A DNA stretch of 64,000 bases from a virus. Below the pieces are notes generated by a model, which did no database searches, was not told where the DNA came from, and saw only the letters and a list, made by a program, of their open reading frames with translations. Below, one piece after another: positions 38,206-46,164 of this stretch; the stretch's first letter is position 1; every line of letters starts with the position of its first letter. Made by a program: the position numbers and the translations under genes. The DNA lies in the IMG/VR virus record IMGVR_UViG_3300020470_003428, positions 1-64,000 of that record. One strand, 5' to 3'.

Positions 38206-38952
38206 AATTTGTTTAGCTAGTCGTTCTTCTTCTTTTATTTCTTGATAACGACGAACTTTTTGAAGCCATTTTGTTTGGAACTTCGCTAATTCGTTGGCAT
38301 TTAATATAAAACTTTGGTCCATCTCTGGTGTAGACACAATGATTTCAGCACAGCTGACGTTGACTCCCAAAGTTTCCTTGCATGCCTGAGCATAAGCAGC
38401 TAACTGCATTGCACATTTATTGAACTTATTCCATCCAGTAAATAAGCTTCTATTAGAACTATTAGAAGAAGGATAGTAGCGACAATAAGGTTGATTAGAT
38501 GTTTTAAAGTCTCCAATAATCACTGTGTCATTACGGATTCCTAGTAAATCAGGACACCCGCAATACATATATTTATGACTCCAAACTCTACTGATTCCGT
38601 CCTCGCCTGTACAGAATTTCCATTCTGGTCTTAAGGGCATTTCACTCCAGATAAATTCATCGTATTTATCTAAGTGTTTACTTATTCCCTCCCAAAATGG
38701 TTGGTATTCTTTTTCTATTGTTATTTCTTTCCCTCGAATATAGTCCTCGCAGGCTTGGTGTACCGCTGAACCTCGCTTGGCTGCGGCTGCGGCACCGTTC
38801 GGATTCTTGATTTGCCAGTTCAGCAGAGCTTTCTTGCTCTTTTCTGATGATGTTTTTCCGAGGATAGTTGTTACGGATGGATATGCTTTATCTGCTTGAT
38901 CTGTTGCATAATGACGTTCGCCGTCTATCTCAAATCGAGTCGGCGCAGTCAT
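38116..38952 (-). CDS. PD-(D/E)XK exonuclease (Cas4/lambda-exo-like)
   Basis: YPSVTTIL, RGSAVH, G.PD, IGDFKTS, QLAAY. Confidence 0.85.
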   Translation of the reverse strand: MTAPTRFEIDGERHYATDQADKAYPSVTTILGKTSSEKSKKALLNWQIKNPNGAAAAAKRGSAVHQACEDYIRGKEITIEKEYQPFWEGISKHLDKYDEFIWSEMPLRPEWKFCTGEDGISRVWSHKYMYCGCPDLLGIRNDTVIIGDFKTSNQPYCRYYPSSNSSNRSLFTGWNKFNKCAMQLAAYAQACKETLGVNVSCAEIIVSTPEMDQSFILNANELAKFQTKWLQKVRRYQEIKEEERLAKQILKDARDELTSSNVSTKSSNKADHCKTTVK

Positions 38953-39007
38953 AAACAGTTACATTATTTCTTCTAATGTAACAATTTATTGAGTTTTGTC
39001 ACAAAAT

Positions 39008-39243
39008 TGGGGGCTTGGCTCTTCAGTGTCCTTGTAACCAGCCTATGAAAAGAGGCTCCCATTAAACCCCTTCGGCACTACTGGTTAACCTCGATGGGTC
39101 CCTGATCTGGTAAGACTAATTCTTGAAAGAAGCAAGATTACCGTCCTGCTAGAACCAACCACATAGCCCGAGTAGTTGCTTTCTCAAATTAAGGGAGAAC
39201 ACTTAATGGCGGCAATCATGCAAAACCTCCGAAGGAAGCCCCT
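39008..39243 (-). ncRNA. candidate ~235-nt structured ncRNA
   Basis: No ORF of 60 aa or more; terminal stem GGGGCTT/AAGCCCC; internal helices TTAAG/CTTAA, GGTAA/TTACC, TAACCAG/CTGGTTA, AGCCT/AGGCT, CCCAT/ATGGG. Confidence 0.55.
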
Positions 39244-39247
39244 ATAA

Positions 39248-39637
39248 TTACTCTGCCGTATTTTCCTTAGAATTCAAGAACTCTAACGCATTACTTAATA
39301 TATCCTTTTGTTGCTGTTGTTCTTGGTAGGCAGAATACTCTTCTGTCACCTGAGAAGACAAGTGAACCATTCCTTTTAATATCTCTTCAATTCCTCTCAC
39401 ATTATCTAACTTACGTGCCAATGCTGGTCCTGCTAGCAATAGATATGCCAATGTTGCAGTGTCTGGTATGTACCCATTAAAACTGACTCCACCAGAGGTG
39501 AAGCCATTGACTAGATAACGTAAATCTTCTGTTGCTTTAGCTATAAGTCTTAAGTACTCACCATTGTGCTTTGTCTCTTGGAGAATGTCTGTTAGCAGTT
39601 GGTGGTCGTTCTTCTCTGTCTGTTTCTTTGTAGTCAT
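39248..39637 (-). CDS. hypothetical protein
   Basis: ATG 39637 (MTTKKQ). Confidence 0.55.
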   Translation of the reverse strand: MTTKKQTEKNDHQLLTDILQETKHNGEYLRLIAKATEDLRYLVNGFTSGGVSFNGYIPDTATLAYLLLAGPALARKLDNVRGIEEILKGMVHLSSQVTEEYSAYQEQQQQKDILSNALEFLNSKENTAE

Positions 39638-39818
39638 GAATAATTGTGCCTTGGAAAACGTTTGCAAATTGAAGTGCAGCCCTATCTACTGAGCTTAGTT
39701 GTTTCCAAGCTTTATTACATTCTGCTTGCCCGTATTGATCGATAATACGCTTGACATCCCTACCGCAAGTTGCCTCACGGAGGGAATCAAGTGCTATTGA
39801 ATATTCAGACCCAGTCAC
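39558..39818 (-). CDS. hypothetical protein
   Basis: 86-aa ORF in operon. Confidence 0.5.
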   Translation of the reverse strand: MTGSEYSIALDSLREATCGRDVKRIIDQYGQAECNKAWKQLSSVDRAALQFANVFQGTIIHDYKETDREERPPTANRHSPRDKAQW

Positions 39819-40554
39819 TGCCGATACTTTCCTCGGTAGTTTTCTTGCCTATTTCATGGTCTGCACCTAGTTCATCTCTGTGAGTAGGAGGCAGTCCTCT
39901 AGTTGTCGCCTCTGCTGGCTTACCAGCAAAAGGATCTGCGTTGTCATATAGAGCAGGTAGATACCATTTATCTTTGATTTCTGCCCATTTTTTAGCGACG
40001 GCATTTCTGACAGGCGCTTTCAGGGGAGCAGGAGTTAATGTATAAACAGTGTCTGTACCTGATCCTTTTCGAGCTAACTTCATCATGAAGTTGTAGACAC
40101 CATCGTCGTTCGCCTCGTAAGAATCCATAGACAGGATTTCTTCTAAGGCTGTACGTAGTCCTCGAGTATTGAACTCGATAATGGCAAAGTCTTTCTTCTC
40201 TTTGATATAGCCAATAAAGCTAAGAATTTGCTTTGGCTTATCTAAGTCATCTTCCGTATGAGATCCATATTCAACTTTACGTTTAAATTTAGCCTCATAG
40301 TTTAAGCCGATATCCTCCTTATAGTCTTTTGGATAACCCTCAGAGAAAGGAGTCGTATGTGGTTGACCATCATTTTTAAAATACTTATAGCCACTAATGA
40401 CATGACCAGTATCAAAACCACCGCAGACGATTATTTCATGAGAATCGCCATCTTTTAATTGTTTACCAGGTGAGTAGAAGCGATCAGTTTCTTCCTGTGT
40501 AAAAGTGTTTGCTGTGTCTGTAGCAAACTTATGATCTGGAGGAAAGAATCCCAT
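39805..40554 (-). CDS. putative ssDNA-binding protein (gp32-like)
   Basis: KLARKGSGTDTVYTLTP motif, acidic tail, replication context. Confidence 0.5.
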   Translation of the reverse strand: MGFFPPDHKFATDTANTFTQEETDRFYSPGKQLKDGDSHEIIVCGGFDTGHVISGYKYFKNDGQPHTTPFSEGYPKDYKEDIGLNYEAKFKRKVEYGSHTEDDLDKPKQILSFIGYIKEKKDFAIIEFNTRGLRTALEEILSMDSYEANDDGVYNFMMKLARKGSGTDTVYTLTPAPLKAPVRNAVAKKWAEIKDKWYLPALYDNADPFAGKPAEATTRGLPPTHRDELGADHEIGKKTTEESIGSDWV

Positions 40555-40557
40555 AAT

Positions 40558-41247
40558 TTATTTCCAAGAGTTAGAGGTTGGCATGTCACCAGGATCGTCG
40601 TCACCCATAAACGCAGAGGGCTCATATCCTGATGCGGAAGTATCTTTAGCTGGATCTTGAGCTCCAGAACCTCCTTTTGTTCTTTCGTGAATGCGGATAC
40701 GTCGGCATTTCACTTCCGTATAGATTTTTCCTTTCGAATCTTTTTGAGGAGTGAGCATACCTAATACTTCAGCTAAGCTTCCCTTTGGATAATCAAGGAT
40801 TCGTTCCTTCCAATTACCGTATCCTCTTACTCGATACCAGTCAGTGTGTTGAGTACCTGCAACATATCTGTTGACTGCGACACTTCTACTAGCGCTTTTC
40901 TCTGCTGCTCTTCCATCCTTAGAAAAGCGTCCAACAAACATTGCTTCGTTGATGAACTGGTCTGGGTTGGCATTACAGATAGTACTAATGGTGATGATGG
41001 GTATGCCATCATGTTCTGTCTCTTTTTCTCCTAAAGCTAGAGCACCAACAACAAGAATATTCTCATCTGGCTTTTTCGCTTGAAATTTAGAAGCGGGACC
41101 GGAACTGTTTTTCAAAGCTGCTCGAAGGATAACCGCCATCGGTTCAGGAGTGCTTGCAACAGCAGGAGCTTCTAAATACTCCTGTCCATTAATGACGACC
41201 TGAGTGGGTATTGATCCTAGAGCAACCGTAAGAATTGCTGTAGACAA
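40558..41247 (-). CDS. ssb: single-stranded DNA-binding (OB-fold) protein
   Basis: NEAMFVGR...VAVNR...TDWYRVRGYG...KGSLAEVLG; acidic tail. Confidence 0.65.
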   Translation of the reverse strand: MSTAILTVALGSIPTQVVINGQEYLEAPAVASTPEPMAVILRAALKNSSGPASKFQAKKPDENILVVGALALGEKETEHDGIPIITISTICNANPDQFINEAMFVGRFSKDGRAAEKSASRSVAVNRYVAGTQHTDWYRVRGYGNWKERILDYPKGSLAEVLGMLTPQKDSKGKIYTEVKCRRIRIHERTKGGSGAQDPAKDTSASGYEPSAFMGDDDPGDMPTSNSWK

Positions 41248-41306
41248 ACTTCTTCATAGTGTGGGCAATTCAGAATAACGCTGCTCGTAGCGGATGCAAG
41301 TTTTAT

Positions 41307-41945
41307 TTATACCATCTGTGGTGTTGCACCTTCGTGAGCATAATTCCTTAGCCATTGAGGAATAGGTGGAATCGGCTCTGCTGTCTGAGGCATAACAAGT
41401 ACGACTATTTCTCCAGAGCTTTCTTCTATTCTCATTGGACCACCATTAAACGAACTAAGGATTACAGAAGCATTGAGTGTACTCAATCCTTTAATTGCTC
41501 GTTGAATGTAAGAGATGTTGTATCGACCAGCTGTTGCAGATACGGACTGTGCATCTAATCGATCCCAATGATCTAAACAATCTTTCAAAGCTTTGGCTAA
41601 GTTCGGAGAATTGACTGAACTGCGATTGATTGGAATTTCTTTTGTTTCTGAAGTGGTCTTCCTATATGTCGTGACCTTTGCAATATCGTTTTCAATTACC
41701 AAAGTTCTAGTAGCTGTTTTAACTCCACGAGAGGCTTTTATCAGTTCTGAATTTGGTAGTAGATTAATTGTTTCATCGCCTTCTCCTGCTGGATCAAAGG
41801 CTAAGCAGGCTACGTTTCCTTTATCTGTAGAAGCTAGGAAGACTCCTCCTCTCTCATGAGGTGTTAATTCAACGGCTTGGTAGGGAGCATAAGTGCCTGT
41901 AAATTCAGACGCTATGGCAAGCAGTGCCGAATTGCAACTGAGCAT
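41307..41945 (-). CDS. possible beta-clamp-like protein
   Basis: ASTD.G, YN.SYI, VVLVMP patterns; replication context. Confidence 0.4.
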   Translation of the reverse strand: MLSCNSALLAIASEFTGTYAPYQAVELTPHERGGVFLASTDKGNVACLAFDPAGEGDETINLLPNSELIKASRGVKTATRTLVIENDIAKVTTYRKTTSETKEIPINRSSVNSPNLAKALKDCLDHWDRLDAQSVSATAGRYNISYIQRAIKGLSTLNASVILSSFNGGPMRIEESSGEIVVLVMPQTAEPIPPIPQWLRNYAHEGATPQMV

Positions 41946-42180
41946 TTTCTGATGTCTCGGCTAAATTGACTGTCCCAGCAAGATTAACTAAATTTCCCAC
42001 CCATTGCCATTGCCATATACTATAATCTTCGTCTAATAAGTGATTCGCCATATCAAACTCCTCTTGAGATATGAGTGGTCTCCAATGCATATCTAGGCAC
42101 TTCTTGTTCTGCCTGTCGATCAGAACTGCTCTTCTCATTCCTTCCATTTTCTTTTTTCGCGGAATTACATCATATATCAA
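41905..42180 (-). CDS. hypothetical protein
   Basis: ORF, start uncertain. Confidence 0.45.
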   Translation of the reverse strand: MIYDVIPRKKKMEGMRRAVLIDRQNKKCLDMHWRPLISQEEFDMANHLLDEDYSIWQWQWVGNLVNLAGTVNLAETSENAQLQFGTACHSV

Positions 42181-42257
42181 ATGGTTAAGAAACGAAACAA
42201 TTCTTAATTGAAAAATTATTACAATCAGGCAGAATAAGGAGAACGCTGAGGTTTTTC

Positions 42258-42506
42258 GTGAGTCAAGAATACAAGCAAATTAAATCGTATACTTATTATT
42301 TGTTTTGGGGTGCTGCGACTATTGCAGTTGTTGTAGGACAAATGCAAATATCGAAAGGTCTTTACGCTTTAAGTGAGAGCATCGAAAGATCTGCTTGGCA
42401 GTTGAGACCAGAACCAAGATTTTCCCCTGTCCCAATACCTTCAGAACCAGAGCCTTACATAGAACCTATCTATATAGAACCCTATCCAGATATCAGTAAT
42501 TACTAG
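42258..42506 (+). CDS. small membrane protein
   Basis: QIKS..YYLFWGAATIAVVVGQ cyanophage motif. Confidence 0.6.
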   Translation: MSQEYKQIKSYTYYLFWGAATIAVVVGQMQISKGLYALSESIERSAWQLRPEPRFSPVPIPSEPEPYIEPIYIEPYPDISNY

Positions 42507-42536
42507 AATAAGAAGGTTATCAATGCTTACTGTTAG

Positions 42537-43007
42537 ATGTCCAATATATTAGATCGAATAGGTGGTTGGACTGGAATTGACGCAGCCTCTATAGAAGATT
42601 ACGCCCTCAGAGAAGCAGCTAAACAAGCAGGGGTTAGTTATGACGGTCGTACCTTTAGTAGGAGAGCAGGTGAGAATCCACAGGTTAATCAGCTTATGAA
42701 TAGTATGCAAAATCAGACCGGCACTCTGATAGATCAAGGCCAAACAGCTGATGGAATTAACCCAAGTCAACAGAAGAATGTTGTTCCTTGGAATTTCAGT
42801 GTTGATGCTGACAGTTCAGGGGTGCAAAATTTAGGAGTGAATTTTAGCCCTAATGATCAATTCAATGTCTCTGGAAATTTAGACACGCAATATGGGGGAT
42901 TAGGTGTACAAGGCAGCTACCAACCTAATAAGAACGTAAAGATTGATTTTAATTACGACACTAGACAAGGACCAGGTATATACGGTGGTGGAAATTTTAC
43001 GTTCTAA
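42537..43007 (+). CDS. hypothetical protein with beta-hairpin-rich C-terminus
   Basis: Alternating strands ending in GNFTF. Confidence 0.55.
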   Translation: MSNILDRIGGWTGIDAASIEDYALREAAKQAGVSYDGRTFSRRAGENPQVNQLMNSMQNQTGTLIDQGQTADGINPSQQKNVVPWNFSVDADSSGVQNLGVNFSPNDQFNVSGNLDTQYGGLGVQGSYQPNKNVKIDFNYDTRQGPGIYGGGNFTF

Positions 43008-43044
43008 ATCGTTAAATTTTGTAAAACCGTATCAAGGTGATACA

Positions 43045-43071
43045 GTATCGGTTGATACCGTTTGTTAGGAT
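43045..43071 (+). promoter_or_regulatory. NtcA-type box overlapping a sigma70 promoter
   Basis: GTA-TCGGTTGA-TAC (GTA-N8-TAC) 43045-43058; -10 TAGGAT 43066-43071; second GTA-N9-TAC at 43029-43043. Confidence 0.6.
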
Positions 43072-43080
43072 GAAGATATA

Positions 43081-43135
43081 ATCGTCGGACCTTATAGGTT
43101 GCAATCACCAGCACCATACGACGGGGGTGTTGTTA
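43081..43135 (+). promoter_or_regulatory. glutamine-II (Downstream-peptide)-like riboswitch
   Basis: P1 CGTCG/CGACG, hairpin ACC-ttata-GGT, TGCAA linker, pseudoknot CAGCACC/GGTGTTG; directly 5' of a DUF4278-type ORF. Confidence 0.6.
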
Positions 43136-43147
43136 TGGAGAAAAACC

Positions 43148-43252
43148 ATGGCTACAGCAACAGCTACAAAACCTGCACAGAAGTCTGTCACTTTAACTTA
43201 TAGAGGAGTTGCATATAAGCAGCAGCCTTTAACTTGCGTTAGAGGAAGCTAG
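43148..43252 (+). CDS. DUF4278-like peptide (34 aa, not in track)
   Basis: MATATATKPAQKSVTLTYRGVAYKQQPLTCVRGS; LTYRGVxY motif; GGAG RBS. Confidence 0.8.
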   Translation: MATATATKPAQKSVTLTYRGVAYKQQPLTCVRGS

Positions 43253-43253
43253 T

Positions 43254-43343
43254 ATGACAGAACTTCTATTAATTCGTAGGCGTTTACTTAGAGCAAGACG
43301 CCTACATGATGCACAGGTTATGGCATGTGTACCTCATCGTTAG
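43254..43343 (+). CDS. Arg-rich peptide, DUF4278/IF-associated type (29 aa, not in track)
   Basis: MTELLLIRRRLLRARRLHDAQVMACVPHR; GAGGA RBS. Confidence 0.55.
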   Translation: MTELLLIRRRLLRARRLHDAQVMACVPHR

Positions 43344-43543
43344 ATTAATTTCTTATCTAACAGAATCGACTCAAGGATGGACGCCCACCGTTGGATTGTC
43401 CATCCTTTTCTTATGGTGCGATAAGTAAGTTTATTAAGGTGATTAGCTGTCTCAACAGCAACCTCAATATTTTCTGTATCCCTTAGTCTTGCCCAACAAG
43501 AGACCAAGTCTTTCGCTGAGCCTTGCAGATATAATTCATTCAT
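43340..43543 (-). CDS. hypothetical protein
   Basis: 67 aa, ATGA coupling. Confidence 0.5.
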   Translation of the reverse strand: MNELYLQGSAKDLVSCWARLRDTENIEVAVETANHLNKLTYRTIRKGWTIQRWASILESILLDKKLI

Positions 43544-44073
43544 TTCTTGGCATTCATCCAGTGATCAGTCTTATTTAATTCATGCTTGCAGATGTTAGGA
43601 GCAATTTCCTCTAAGTGTCCTCCCTTATATTTATCAGGTTCAACAACAGTACAGAAGGTCATAACTCCAGCATCATTTTGTTCATCATCTTGAGATGCAA
43701 TAGCCCATATATCTTTATGAGGATTAGGTGTGGATCCTATAGATAGTCTTAGTGCCAAGGTGGAATTAGTCCAATGACCACATTCTTCTTCATCTAAATA
43801 TTTAACCGCAGTGATAGTCCTGCCTAGAAGTTGTTCTCTAAACCTATTAGCCCATGCTTGCCCGAAGGGAAGTTTTCTTGGTTTCCTTTTCGCGGTTTCC
43901 TTTTGCTTTGCTATTTTCTTTTGAAGTTTTTCTGCTTTAGCCACTGATTGTTTGACGTCACTAGAGACTTTCCATTGAGAGTCTTCCTGAGCTCGACGTT
44001 GTCTAGCTAGAAACTCATCGACTTCTTTTTGATTTTCAAGAGGAGTTTTTGTGTTTGAAGTTGTCACTTTCAT
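43540..44073 (-). CDS. hypothetical protein
   Basis: LLGRTITAVKY...SQDDEQNDAG motif; ATG 44073. Confidence 0.6.
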   Translation of the reverse strand: MKVTTSNTKTPLENQKEVDEFLARQRRAQEDSQWKVSSDVKQSVAKAEKLQKKIAKQKETAKRKPRKLPFGQAWANRFREQLLGRTITAVKYLDEEECGHWTNSTLALRLSIGSTPNPHKDIWAIASQDDEQNDAGVMTFCTVVEPDKYKGGHLEEIAPNICKHELNKTDHWMNAKK

Positions 44074-45109
44074 AGTGGGGATAAGTGGATAAGTGTTTAA
44101 TTCGTTGTAGAGGTACAGCAGCACAAGCCGGAACTATGGTATTTCCGAGTGCTTTTAAACGAGATATCCGATTGGATAACCCATCATCTCCTCTACGAAG
44201 TGTGGGTTCAGATACGTACTCTCGCCACTGCGGGTCAAGGCGTCTGGAAGTTGGCGGGGTCTGCCACCTGATCGATCCTGGAAACCTTGGCCTGATCTGC
44301 CCTTCCAATCCCGAGCGCATGGGGTTGGCAGGCTGTTCGTCAAGACGACCGCCGAACCAGCTAGCCTTCTTTTTTGGTGAGCCTTCTCGTAATTCAGGTT
44401 GGGACCCGAGTCCTTGTGGTCTCTCGCTGTCGGAGTTGGTAGAGGTGGATTCCTCATCTCCTTCAGTTCCTCGAAGAGTTGAATTGCTTCTGGGTTGACT
44501 GCCTCCCTGAGATTGGAGAGTTGTGTCCTGCCTGGTCTCGTCTCTGTCACTTGCTTGATCATGGATTCCTTGCTCCTTAGAGGGAGGGAGTCCATTGTGT
44601 TTGGGGTAGGCAATGATCCAGATACGTTCTCTTTTATGACAGGCTCCCACATCTCTAGCTGAAACAATCGACCATTCAGCATCGTACCCTGCTTTGGCAA
44701 TTTGAAAGAGAATTTCTTGGAAGGTTTCCCCTTGCTGGTGCGAGATAAGATTTCTAACGTTTTCAAGTAAGACGAATCGAGGTCGAATGAGCCTAACCAA
44801 TCGCATGACTTCGTAGAAAAGACCGCTGCGAGTTCCTGCTCCAATACCCTTCTGCGAACCAGCCACGGACAAATCTTGGCAAGGAAATCCGGCTGTAAGT
44901 AAGTCGTACTCTCCTTGGTATGATTGGAATGTGGTGATGTCATTGTGTATAGGAATGTTAGGAAAATTCTTCTTTAAAACTGATTGACAATAAGGATCGA
45001 TTTCAATGAATTGTTTAGTTTCAAATCCACCGACTAGTCTTTCAGCTGCATAAGAGAATCCTCCTATGCCAGCAAAGGCGTCTAATAGTTTCAACTTACA
45101 TTGGTTCAT
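44036..45109 (-). CDS. DNA cytosine-5 methyltransferase (alpha-type frame)
   Basis: FAGIGG (I), GFPCQD (IV), ENV (VI), HKRERIW (VIII), RLKALGN (X). Confidence 0.9.
   Translation of the reverse strand: MNQCKLKLLDAFAGIGGFSYAAERLVGGFETKQFIEIDPYCQSVLKKNFPNIPIHNDITTFQSYQGEYDLLTAGFPCQDLSVAGSQKGIGAGTRSGLFYEVMRLVRLIRPRFVLLENVRNLISHQQGETFQEILFQIAKAGYDAEWSIVSARDVGACHKRERIWIIAYPKHNGLPPSKEQGIHDQASDRDETRQDTTLQSQGGSQPRSNSTLRGTEGDEESTSTNSDSERPQGLGSQPELREGSPKKKASWFGGRLDEQPANPMRSGLEGQIRPRFPGSIRWQTPPTSRRLDPQWREYVSEPTLRRGDDGLSNRISRLKALGNTIVPACAAVPLQRIKHLSTYPHYESDNFKHKNSS
44155..44943 (-). CDS. alternative-frame C5-MTase beta-type polypeptide
   Basis: Three LPTP repeats (two with ARD.K) and motif-IX-like LNPHFVEEMMGYPIGY; nested in the MTase gene; true start uncertain. 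Confidence 0.6.
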   Translation of the reverse strand: MTSPHSNHTKESTTYLQPDFLAKICPWLVRRRVLEQELAAVFSTKSCDWLGSFDLDSSYLKTLEILSRTSKGKPSKKFSFKLPKQGTMLNGRLFQLEMWEPVIKENVSGSLPTPNTMDSLPLRSKESMIKQVTETRPGRTQLSNLREAVNPEAIQLFEELKEMRNPPLPTPTARDHKDSGPNLNYEKAHQKRRLAGSAVVLTNSLPTPCARDWKGRSGQGFQDRSGGRPRQLPDALTRSGESTYLNPHFVEEMMGYPIGYLV

Positions 45110-45377
45110 CGTCGGTAACAGCGCACCAAGCCATTTGAAAATCTATTAACCATTGTCGCTGATCTTTTGAAAGATACAAGTCATCCATGTGATCAACTAA
45201 TTCATCTTCAGGAATACCAGCCCAACCTTTTATGTCGGTTGTGAGTGGGCTGATATCTTTATTAAGAAGATCATCACAGCACCAATTAGGTAGTGATTGT
45301 TCTTTACAGAATTTCTCGAGTTGCTCGGATAAGCAGACTCGAAATTCTTTAATAGGAGTAACAGTAGTTTTAGTCAT
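45096..45377 (-). CDS. hypothetical protein
   Basis: ATG 45377 (MTKTTV). Confidence 0.5.
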   Translation of the reverse strand: MTKTTVTPIKEFRVCLSEQLEKFCKEQSLPNWCCDDLLNKDISPLTTDIKGWAGIPEDELVDHMDDLYLSKDQRQWLIDFQMAWCAVTDDEPM

Positions 45378-45540
45378 ACTCTTTGACCTTATGAACAACG
45401 GATGAATCGTAATCGGTGTAATCATCGTAGTGATCTACACCATCTTCATTAACTATCCTGAGAGCTTCCTTTTTACAGGATGCTTCTATGTTGTAGTCAA
45501 GATAACGATTCATAACGCAAGTGATTTTGTAGTTAGGCAT
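45370..45540 (-). CDS. small DpnD/PcfM-like protein (56 aa, not in track)
   Basis: MPNYKITC...YNIEASCKKEAL; TAATG coupling. Confidence 0.5.
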   Translation of the reverse strand: MPNYKITCVMNRYLDYNIEASCKKEALRIVNEDGVDHYDDYTDYDSSVVHKVKEYD

Positions 45541-45755
45541 TACGTGTAAGATGCAGCGTCGCTTTCGGAATCATAAGATTCGTCTCCATCAGGATCCTCG
45601 ATCTTATCTATACCGAGAAAGTTGCTGGTTGAATCAACACGGTCGAGATATTCGAACTCTGATTCATCCATTTGTTCAACATCTTCAAGACTGTTAGCCT
45701 TGACATGAACGGTATAGCTGGTTTTCTCAGAGCAAGTGACGTGAAAAATAGGCAT
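45540..45755 (-). CDS. small DpnD/PcfM-like protein
   Basis: MPIFHVTCSE...VHVKANSLEDV. Confidence 0.55.
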   Translation of the reverse strand: MPIFHVTCSEKTSYTVHVKANSLEDVEQMDESEFEYLDRVDSTSNFLGIDKIEDPDGDESYDSESDAASYT

Positions 45756-45997
45756 TAGGTTTTCTCCTTTTTGTGAATAAAGAGTGTGTTGTCAATTAAT
45801 TCAGCTAATAAATCTTTGTCATCAGCTTCTATTAACTCTTTCAGTTGATCGGGAGTTTTCTTAGCGTAGTGTTCTATAAGCATTTCGGTATGTTCTGCTT
45901 GTAGTTGCTTGGTGTCCATTCGATCAACTTCTATTTCAGAGAATTGTTCGACAAGTGTTCCCATTTGTTCTGGGGTTAAATCATGAATCGTTGTCAC
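45755..45997 (-). CDS. hypothetical protein
   Basis: VDRMDTKQL...ELIE motif; coupled. Confidence 0.55.
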   Translation of the reverse strand: MTTIHDLTPEQMGTLVEQFSEIEVDRMDTKQLQAEHTEMLIEHYAKKTPDQLKELIEADDKDLLAELIDNTLFIHKKEKT

Positions 45998-46164
45998 TAG
46001 ACTTCCTCTACTTCGTGAACATAGTAATCATCGCTATCAAATTCCTCCCAACTTAAGTTGTCGTTTCTCATTTCTTTAGCTTTTTCCTTGCTAACAGCTT
46101 GTACTGTTGTTGAGTAGTTAGTAATTCGAGAGGCATGGAGGCGATACCATTTAAGTTCAGTCAT
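45997..46164 (-). CDS. small DpnD/PcfM-like protein (55 aa, not in track)
   Basis: MTELKWYRL...TVQAVSKEKAKE...VHEVEEV. Confidence 0.5.
   Translation of the reverse strand: MTELKWYRLHASRITNYSTTVQAVSKEKAKEMRNDNLSWEEFDSDDYYVHEVEEV

Noticed and set aside
38116-38952. Cas4 as part of a CRISPR system
   Set aside because: Stand-alone phage PD-(D/E)XK exonuclease in a replication operon
39008-39243. tRNA or tmRNA
   Set aside because: Acceptor-like stem present but no GGTTCRA T-arm, anticodon arm or tag frame
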